A stretch of 64,000 nt of DNA from Octopus sinensis (lineage: Eukaryota). Every line of letters begins with the position of its first letter. The stretch's first letter is position 1. The notes beneath the pieces are model-generated. The model was not told where the DNA came from and made no database searches. It worked only from the letters and a program-made list of their open reading frames with translations. This document shows positions 55,290 to 64,000 of the stretch, one piece after another. The DNA lies in the NCBI RefSeq assembly GCF_006345805.1, contig NC_043004.1:81344001-81408000 (forward strand), in the 5' to 3' direction. The position numbers were made by a program, and so were the translations under genes.

Positions 55290-56434
55290 CTAGAATGAAG
55301 AATGAACGGAGATTTTTAAAATGGTAAATATGAGAGGATACAGAGGATAAAGATTGTTTGCCAACATAACATGGCAGTCCAGGTTTAGGACAAATGTTAG
55401 TTATTTAGCCCCAGGAGACATTGTCTCCAGTTGGCTATACAACACGATCTGTCTCCTGGGGCTTAATAACAGTAACATTTGTCCTAAACCAAGACTGTGG
55501 TATGTGGTGTGGCGTGTATGTGATGTGTGTGGCGTGTATGTGATGTGTGTGGTGTGTGATGTGTGTGCATGCGGTGTGTGTGGTGTTTGTGTGCATGTGG
55601 TGTGTGCATGCAGCCCTATTTTGCCACTGGTTGTTGTAAATGAGCATCACTGTCATACAAGCAAAGTTGTTTGTTTCTAATCTTCCACGGAGAACCTGCC
55701 TGGGCATGGGGAGGTGGGAGGAATGTTACCTTGCTTGGAAACAGGTGAGGGTTCACTGACGGGGCAGGGTCATCCAGATGTAGAAAAGCTATCTCAGCTA
55801 ATTCCATCTGACCCATGCAAGTATGGCAAACAAACATGGACGTTGAGACAATAGCAGCAGTGATGATGAGGTGCTGAGAGGATCATCATCATTATCATCA
55901 TCGTTGTTTAACGTCCGCTTTCCATGCTAGCATAGGTTGGACGATTTAACTGGGGTCTGGGAAGCCAGAAGGCTGCACCAGGCCCAGTCTGATCTGGCAG
56001 TGTTTCCCACAGCTGGATGCCCTTCATAACACCAACCACTCCAAGAGTGTAGTGGGTGCTTTTTATGTGCCAGACGAGGCTGGCAAACGGCCACGATCGG
56101 ATGGTGCTTTTTACGTGCCACCGGCACAGAGAGCAGACGAGGCTGGCATCGGCCACAATCGGATGGATATACTTGGAAAATCGGTTTGAGTGAGCGAGTC
56201 TAAGTAAATGAGAAATGAGGAAGCGAGGTGGAGGGGAAGAGATATGGAGAGGGAGGGAGAGGACGAGAAAGAGATATGGAGAGAGAGAGAGAGAGAGAGA
56301 GATAAATATTAACACTTCAACAAAATGTCAGGAGGAGCAACATTTTTATAATTATCAAAAAAAAAAAAAAAAAAAAAAATCAAGAAATTGGTTTTAAGCA
56401 AATAATAATAATTATTATTATTATTATTAGACTA

Positions 56435-56812
56435 CTAGCAGTATCGCCCGGCGTTGCTCAGGTTTGTAAGGGAAATAGCTATAAAGCATTTTTAGAGAGT
56501 TATAGCAAAAAAATGGAAAAAAAAAATGATGGTAAATTTTTTTTTGAGAGTAAAAAAAGGTTGAGTTGCGTCCCCTAGACAGTCTGTGGTTTGTTTTTTT
56601 TTATTCTCGACCCCATGTCGAATTTATCGATTTTTTTCAGAACTGGGGCAACTTTTCAAAATTTTCGCTGCGTTAGTTTTGAATTATGACATTGGGCTAT
56701 GTGTGTGTCAAGTTTCATCAGAATCGGTTGAAAGCCATGGTCAGGGTGAGGGTACGAGAAAACAGACACACAGAAACACGCACAGACAAACTGCCGTTTA
56801 TATAGAGAGAGA
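56435..56812 (-). mobile_element. Complete short non-autonomous Helitron-like element in an MCM7 intron
   Basis: Minus strand begins A|TC, has an internal tgtctg tract, and ends with the subterminal hairpin cctgagcaacgccggg and CTAG|T. Confidence 0.75.
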
Positions 56813-57740
56813 TGAAAAAGATGAAGCATGCAATGACGAAAGCAAAGGGTGTTGATGGAAAGGGGAGGGGTGGACAGTTATGATAAAAAGGAAGGAATTT
56901 AAGGACATTTGACAGGATAAATTGATTTTCAAAGCTGTACAGCACCCAGATGAAGAAAGAAAAACAAAAAAAAGCCATTTATATTTAACCTCTTTCACAC
57001 AAATTCACAAAACAAATTCTGCCCAGCATTATTAGAATGAAGTTATTAGATCAGAGAAAATAGACATGTTGCTAGGCAACAGTCTGATGATGGTGCCAAT
57101 TTTGGTGCAGATTCTTTGATCTTTAAGCCTAGTTAAATAATCAGACCTTTATGTTACGTTGTAGAGTTCAGAGGTTTAATATCATAAACGACTTCCTTGT
57201 TGCCTCTTTTCTATCGAGAGAAACATTAGTTATGGAACTTTGACATATACTACAGGGTCGCTAACTTCATTTTAAGTAAATTAAAGTCAAAGTGTGTGTG
57301 TGTGTGCGTATACACACACATGTATATACACGCATTCACACCTATGCATGCAGAGAAGATGGACGTTAAACGATGATGATACACACTAATATATATATAC
57401 ATTTCCTTTCATACATTTCAGCCCTGAGGCCGTGGCCATGCTGGAGCACCTCTAGTATCATCATCTTTGCAACAGTCATTCTTATGCAATTGGCTTTTGG
57501 AGGGAGTTCAACACACACACACACACACATTACATATATACACATACACACACATATTCCTAAACGCACACGTAGACAAACACACATATGCACACAATAT
57601 ATGCATATACACACACACACACACACACACTATATGCATAAAAACATACATACACAAAATATATGCATAAACACACCACACACACACACAATATATGCAT
57701 ACACACACACATATATATATGCATAAACACACACACACAC

Positions 57741-57775
<35 letters not shown>

Positions 57776-57789
57776 GAGTGTGTGAGTGA

Positions 57790-57836
<47 letters not shown>

Positions 57837-58934
57837 TGTGTGTGAGTGTGTGTGAGTGTGTGTGTGAGTGTGTGTGTGTGTGTGTGTGTGAGTGTGTGTG
57901 TGAGTGTGTGTGAGTGTGTGTGTGTGAGTGTGAGTGTGTGTGTGTGTGTGAGTGTGAGTGTGTGTGTGTGTGTGTGTGTTAAGGTACATACTCTTTGCCT
58001 CAAACGATAATGTTAGCATTTGCAACTTTATATCAACAGTTATGACTGTGAGAAATAAAAACTTAACCCTAGAATTTAATAATAGATTCTTAGAAAACTA
58101 TTACACCATTAAAAACAAAAGTTTTGCAGAACACTGGACAGGAAAAGACATGGAGGGGGGGAAACGCAACACAGGGTAATAATATTTATTATCTTAAACG
58201 ATTTCCTTTCAGCCGTTTTGAGTGAATTCACAGAAAGGAGAACAAACGAAAACTAAACTACAATTTAGAGAAGGAGAGCAAAGAGGACGAAGATGATGGG
58301 GAAATGGAGGGAGAAAACGGAGACGGTGACGAACGGTTTAATCAGGGGAAACAACTCTTGCACAATGATTTTTTTTCCCCCCTTCACCATCCAATTTTTT
58401 TGATCTTGCAAATTAAGTACAGGACGTGTCTGTGTAATTCAATTTATTTAGAATCTAGATTTTTCTGGTTCCAGTGCCACTAAGTGGCGTCTTTGGCGAG
58501 TCCTTTCTACTATAGCCTCAGAATTTCGCGTGTGTAGGGCAGCCAGCTGTGGAAACACTGCCAGATCAGAGTGGAGCCTGGTGCAGCTTCCTGGCTTCCC
58601 AGACCCCGGTCGAACCGTCCAACCCATGATAGCATGGAAAACGGACGTTAAACGATGATGATATATATTTTTTCTTTCCCCCCCCCTCCAGTTTATTTCT
58701 GTGTTCCTTTCTGTCGAAGAGCATAGGTTCTTTTGCTCAACACACACACATGCATGCACCCCAAGAATTTAGCATACTCATCATCTTCCTTTAACGTCTA
58801 TTCTCCATGCTGGTGTGGATGCAAAATAGAGATTGATAGTTAAGTACAAGACTTCAAGATGCAAGTACAAGGGAAGCGTGGCCCAGCATGGCCATATCCC
58901 AATGTTTGACACCGTTAACGGAACAACAACTGAC

Positions 58935-59044
58935 CTGGTGTACATATCGTATTGTGGATTGAGAGAGTCTTTGGACATTTCCATCAGTCTCATAGCTTCA
59001 TTCACATCTTCCTTTTCAACAACATCTGCAAGTCGAAGGCGAGC
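58935..59044 (-). CDS. MCM7: MCM7 exon (110 nt): [36 protein letters not shown](R)
   Basis: ttcttccag acceptor and gtcagt donor. Near-identical to MCM7 [25 protein letters not shown]; phases join both flanking exons. Confidence 0.97.
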
Positions 59045-59181
59045 CTGGAAGAAATAAAATGCAAGATTAAACAAATTCATCAAGATGCTATTAACGAGGA
59101 TTAATATTGGCGTTACTTGGGATATATTTCCAAAACCAAGGCAATACCAGATTCTAAATTGAATTTACCATTAATAGTCAA

Positions 59182-59510
59182 TCATCATCATCATCATTTA
59201 ACGTCCGCTTTCCATGCTAGCATGGGTTGGACGGTTCAACTGGGGTCTGGGGAGCCCGAAGGCTGCACCAGGCCAGTCAGATCTGGCAGTGTTTCTACAG
59301 CTGGATGCCCTTCCTAACGCCAACCACTCCGAGAGTGTAGTGGGTGATTTTATGTGCCACCGACACAGGTGCCAGACGAGGCTGGCGAACGGCCACGCTC
59401 GGATGGTGTTTTTTATGTGCCACTGACACAGGTGCCAGACGAGGCTGGCAGACGGCCACGCTCGGATGGTGTTTTTATGTGCCACCGACACAGGTGCCAG
59501 ATGAGGCTGG
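59182..59510 (-). mobile_element. SINE/RTE-tail repeat ending in (GAT)n (GGAAGGGCATCCAGCTGTAGAAA family)
   Basis: Shared gagtggttggcgttaggaagggcatccagctgtagaaac...ccaacccatgctagcatggaaagcggacgttaaa(tga)n. Copies at about 9030-9090, 50805-51010, 51235-52170, 52690-53090, 54735-54970, 55630-56165, 58540-58660, 61027-61315, 61790-62050 and 63778-63960. Confidence 0.8.
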
Positions 59511-59732
59511 TTAGAAATATTGAATTTCTAAATATCTCAAAGAGACATGAGCGGTGGTGGAGTGATAGAGTGGTTGTATACTGTCAACTTAACGTGACAG
59601 TCCCGTAAAAGGAATCACACCACCGCTATTTAGCCCTAGGAAGCATCGACACTTCCTGTCGGTTTTGACACGTTTCCTGTGTCCTTATATTTGCGATGGG
59701 GAGACAAGCACCCCCACTAGCTAGGGCCCGCA

Positions 59733-59778
59733 CCTAGAGACATGCATGCTTCTGAATCTTGCTCGTCATCAGTCTAGG
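59733..59778 (-). ncRNA. Degenerate hammerhead motif in an MCM7 intron (sense strand)
   Basis: Minus strand cctaga-CTGATGA-cgagcaagattca-GAAGC-atgcat-GTC-tctagg. Six-bp helix I; GAAA is mutated to GAAG. Confidence 0.55.
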
Positions 59779-60407
59779 GTAGCAAGGCCTGCTAGTTGAG
59801 ATGTTTGTCAAGGCAACAAATCACAAGTGTTGTGTGGGAATCGGCAAATCAAAGAATAGACCCATTGTTTTCTTTTCATGTCGGTGGTTAAAGTAGGATT
59901 TGCATCTGGCTTCGTAAAACTGTCACCAGCAACGACTACCCCAAAATAGAGTTGCTGCCTGAAAGGTGCAAAGGTGTTATCCTTCAGGACTAGAAGGAAA
60001 TCACCACACAGTGCATGCCCCCATAATTCTACTAATATTGCAGCCAACAACCATTTTTGAGTTTGTCTTAGAGAGAATGAAATCTTTACCGTTTCCAACT
60101 TTTAACAGACATCAACCCTACAACGCTAACATTACCAATATGTATTTAAATAAAATTTATTTATTAGACTTTTTCACCTTATTTAAGAGATGGAGAGTCT
60201 GACAAATTAAATTAACGTAAATCTTGGATAACTGGGTTTTTTTACCTTTTTGTCAAATAAAGCCTCATGGTCAAGTGAATTTAGTACAAAGAAAAAGGTC
60301 ACAAACCCATCATGTGTGTGTGTGTGTGTGTGTGTGTATCCTATTCATGAGGAATCATTTACATTATTTACATTTGACGGATATTTGTGCTCATCTTGTT
60401 TGTTGTT

Positions 60408-60453
60408 AACACAACGTTTCGGCTGATATACCCTCCAGCCTTCATCAGGTGTC
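60408..60453 (-). ncRNA. Minimal hammerhead motif, left arm of palindrome (sense to the MCM7 pre-mRNA)
   Basis: Minus strand gacac-CTGATGA-a-ggctg-gagggtatat-cagcc-GAAAC-GTT-gtgtt. Confidence 0.7.
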
Positions 60454-60520
60454 TTGAGGAAATTTTGAACCTGGGTTCTCATTCCGAAGGCATGAGAACC
60501 CAGGTTTGAAATTTCCCCAA

Positions 60521-60566
60521 GACACCTGATGAAGGCTGGAGGGTATATCAGCCGAAACGTTGTGTT
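60521..60566 (+). ncRNA. Minimal hammerhead motif, right arm of palindrome
   Basis: gacac-CTGATGA-a-ggctg...cagcc-GAAAC-GTT-gtgtt; palindromic AACGTT helix III. Confidence 0.7.
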
Positions 60567-60721
60567 AACAACAAACAAGATGAGCACAAATATCCGTCAA
60601 ATGTAAATAATGTAAACTATTTACATAGAAACAAGTGAAATCCACCAAGAGAATTATGGTGAATCAATACAGGTTTGATAACAATAAGGAACTGAAGTTC
60701 CATGGTAGTGAAAATACTAAC

Positions 60722-60890
60722 CAAAGCCGTGGAAAGTCGGAGGATAGCAAGCAGTGTCCTAGCAGAGGTGAAAGTTGTGTCTTTACTGTTACGAGATTCT
60801 TTGCGCATTTCAACATAAGCTCCAGTAATATAATCAGAAAGATTTTCAGGAATAACTGGTTGTTTTGATTGGCATAAGGAAATATAACGC
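60722..60890 (-). CDS. MCM7: MCM7 exon (169 nt): [56 protein letters not shown]
   Basis: ttattttcag acceptor and gttagt donor. [16 protein letters not shown] is the MCM7 AAA+ lid/sensor-2 region. Confidence 0.97.
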
Positions 60891-62584
60891 CTGAAAATAA
60901 AAGAGGGAAATTAAAACTCAGTATTTTCTTATAAAAATGAAAGTAGGAGGAAAAGAAATATGGTTTAAAAATATGTAAACTAATACTGCAGGTAAGTGGA
61001 GGTTTTCTAGATTATGGAGGATATTCATCATCATCATTTAACGTCCGTTTTTCATGCTAGCATGGTTTGGCTGGGGTCTGTGAAGCCAGGAGGCTGCACC
61101 AGGCTCCAGTTCGATCTGGCAGTGTTTTTACAGCTGGATGCCCTTCCTAATGCCAACCACTCAGTGAGTGTAGTGCATGCTTTTTACGTGCCACTGGCAC
61201 AGGTGCCAGGGTGGGCTGGCAACGACCACGATCAGTTGGTGGTTTTTACGTGCCACCGGCACGGAAGCCAGCCAAGGTGGTGCTGGCATCAGCCACATAC
61301 GGATGGTGCTTCTTAAAGGTAATATTTGAGGATAACTACGAGGGTTTTAGGTTAGTCCCACAGTGTGGCACCTTGGTTAAATGTCTTTTTCTTTAACATT
61401 TGGCCAATTAGAGAGCCTTGCAAGTGGATCTGGTTGACAGAAACTTAATGTATACACATATATATAAGTAAATATACTTTATACATGTTGAGTGTGTGTG
61501 TTATAATTGAGAACAAACAGTAAGAGTTTCAAATGTCGAAGCACAGAGCTACAATGCATTCTCGTCAGCTATTAACATCACTGAAAAACCGTTGAACAAA
61601 AGGGAAAAAAATACATAAGAAATACAAGCAACTATATTCTCACATTTGAAACTGAGTTCTATAATGGCAGCCTTTTACTTTTTGTCCTAAATTATGACAT
61701 ATATAAATAATTCTCTATTTCTCTAATATCTTTTTTTGTTACTTTATATTATTTTATGTGTGGCACATAAAACGCGCCAGTTGTGCATGGTTGATGTCAG
61801 TGCAGCCTGACTGGCTCCCATGCCGGTGGCATGTAAAAACCACCATTCGAGCGTGATCAATGCCAGTGCCACCTGACTGGCCCCCATGCTGGTGGCACGT
61901 AAAAAGCCCTCGCTACACACTCAGAGTGGTTGGCATTAGGAAGGGCATCCAGCTGTAGAAATCTTGCCAGATCAGATTGGAGCCTGGTACAGTCAAACCA
62001 TCCAACCCATGCCAGCATGGATAGCAGACGTTAAACAATGATGATGGTGATGATATATATATACACAATACACACCACACATACATCATAAATATATGAT
62101 CATAGAAGTCATCCAACATGGCAGATTTCCTGTAGTCAATCCTCTTGCTTCCAAGCAAGGTAATAATATATTCCCATGGTCAGATACGTTTCTGCAGAAT
62201 ATCTGAAATGAATAACACTGCTTGTGACAGATAATTTTAGAATTATCCCTTGATATCAAGACAAACACACACATTTATGACAGGATTCTTTCAGTTTCCA
62301 TCTGACAAATCCAATAAGGTTTCAGGTCAGCCCTAGGCCTATAGCAGTAGCCATGCTGTGGGATTGAACTCAAAACTACATGGTTGGGAAGCAAACTTCT
62401 TAACCACACAACCACGACAGTGCCTAATACTAATGTGAACACAAAATACTTTTAATTCAGAAAATTTAAAGCAAATGGAGTTTGCTGTTTTAAAACTATT
62501 CCCCTCGGCATAAAATCTGAAGCAAAATAAAATAAAATGAAGTCGAAACTAAACATAGATGTTTAAGAGAGAAAAATTATCAAC

Positions 62585-62668
62585 CTCATTAATTTCATGT
62601 CGAGTGGAGTGAACTGTGCTGGAGGTTGGGTGTTATGTTGGTGAACGTATGTTATGTGTTGGGCCAAC
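62585..62668 (-). CDS. MCM7: MCM7 internal exon (84 nt, phase 2-2): (R)[27 protein letters not shown](R)
   Basis: Minus strand ttttgcag|G TTG GCC CAA...ATG AG|gttg. The peptide matches the MCM7 segment [25 protein letters not shown], and the frame continues into the next exon. Confidence 0.95.
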
Positions 62669-62879
62669 CTGCAAAATAACAAAAGACAATATAATCAAAA
62701 TAATTATCGTACTCAATCAACATTCAGAAATATAGAAGAAACTAACGAGACAAAAACTAGAATCTTACAAAAGACACGTTGTTAAGACAAACCTCAAACC
62801 TATTCCGAGATGCACAAAAGTTATCTGCCCCTAGATAATGATTACCTCCCCTTTGTTACTGTATGTTGAAATCTATAAA

Positions 62880-63470
62880 GCCTTTGAAATAACGAAGAAT
62901 TTAATACAATAACTGTCATTAGCAAGCTGGTGTTTCGAAAATGAATTAAAATGAAAATTTGATGGAAGGTTTTAATTTAGATCACTTTATTCTTTTTATT
63001 ACCATATTTTCGTTGAAATACACAGCTTCTGTTTTAATTAATTTTAAAAATAATTTAAAACAACTGTCATTATTAATCTGGGGTTTGGAATGCAAAGAGA
63101 GAAAGTTTTGATAGAAGTTTCAATTCCGATCACTTAAAAACAGGAGGCTAGCATACAGAACTAGAGGTGGTCTCAAGCGGTTTGGTATCAAAAGATTTAA
63201 ATACAGCAAGGAATTTGATGAGGGAGATTTAGCTGTTGACCACATAGAAGCTCTCTCACTGACTAACACACTCCATGGGTGAAAAACACTTTTGTTATAT
63301 TTCTGTTGAAATACACTATTTCCATTTCAATTTATTTTGAAAATAACGAACAATTTATTAAAATAACTTCTCTTTATTAAGCTGGTGTTCAGCAATTAAA
63401 TTTACAAATAGGATTTAATTTAGATCCCAGTAACCTTTTTGTTACATTTCTATTAAAATACACTGCATTA
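62880..63470. repeat. Degenerate tandem repeat / MITE-like remnant in an MCM7 intron
   Basis: Recurrent tttgaaaataacgaa..aataact..attaagctggtgtt..ttttaatttagatcac..gttgaaatacac blocks, about 3 copies. Confidence 0.55.
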
Positions 63471-63768
63471 CTTACATTTGATGGATATTTGTCCTCATCT
63501 TGTTTGTTAACACATTTCAGCTGATATACTCTCCAGCCTTCATCAGGTGTCTTTGGGAAATTTCGAACCTAGGTTCTCATTCCTAAGGTATTTTTCGATA
63601 TTATTGTTATTATTATTATTATTATTTCAGGTCACTGTTTGGAATCGAACTCGGAATCTTGGGGTTATTAGCCCACGCTCTTAACCACTATGCCATAAGC
63701 CTGTAAGCACAGTGGTTAAGAACGTGGGCTACTAACCCCAAGATTCTGAGTTCGATTCCAGGCAGTGA
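63470..63768 (-). mobile_element. tRNA-headed SINE-like element with a hammerhead-containing tail and an inverted duplicate of its head
   Basis: Minus strand: A box TGGCATAGTGG, B box GAGTTCGATTCC, (TAA)n linker, then the same sequence as the 60358-60616 arm (degenerate hammerhead at 63509-63551). The head (63632-63694) is repeated inverted at 63707-63768. Confidence 0.7.
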
Positions 63769-64000
63769 ATCACAATCATCATCATCGTTTAACGTCCGTT
63801 CTCCATGCTAGCATGGGTTGGACGGTTCGACCGGGGATCTGGGAAGCCAGAAGGCTGCACCAGGCTCCAGTCTTATCTGGCAATGTTTCAACAGCTGGAT
63901 GCCCTTCCTAACGCCAACCACTCCGTGAGTGTAGTGGGTGCTTTTTACGTGCCACCTGCAATAATAATCAACAACAACATCAGCATCATCATTGAAAAAT

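Larger units (their letters stand above)
60358..60616. repeat. About 260-bp near-perfect palindrome (about 125-bp arms) in an MCM7 intron
   Basis: tttacattatttacatttgacgg...gttctcat / atgagaac...ccgtcaaatgtaaataatgtaaa with a loop of about 10 nt. Confidence 0.95.

Noticed and set aside
57084-57120. CTGATGA motif as another hammerhead
   Set aside because: No GAAA or compatible helices follow.
63707-63768. Stand-alone tRNA gene
   Set aside because: Has A and B boxes but no acceptor stem; it is an inverted copy of a SINE head.

Overview
Eukaryotic, AT-rich and repeat-saturated DNA. The SINE complement (CORE-type and tRNA-headed families) and the microsatellite load point to an octopus/coleoid cephalopod genome (inference). 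The only recognisable host protein gene is the 3' part of MCM7 on the minus strand: four exons (62585-62668, 60722-60890, 58935-59044, 55079-55289) with canonical GT/AG junctions and a continuous frame; its 5' part lies beyond the window end. There is also an intron-containing tRNA-Lys(UUU)-like gene (25364-25455, minus strand, possibly a pseudogene). The rest is a 29-bp AT minisatellite (about 1.4-9.0 kb), an assembly gap, microsatellites, and fragments of R4/Dong-type, CR1-group, L1/Tx1-type, RTE and Penelope-like retroelements, non-autonomous Helitrons, a deleted mariner and dozens of SINEs. The most striking unannotated signal is a set of about 10 minimal type-I hammerhead-ribozyme motifs with palindromic helix III, from several unrelated sequence families. 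They occur as a 471-bp tandem (retrozyme-like), as long fold-back palindromes, and as the tail of a tRNA-headed SINE-like element; several lie inside MCM7 introns. Almost all ORFs in the supplied track are microsatellite artefacts. All folding and homology calls were made by eye.
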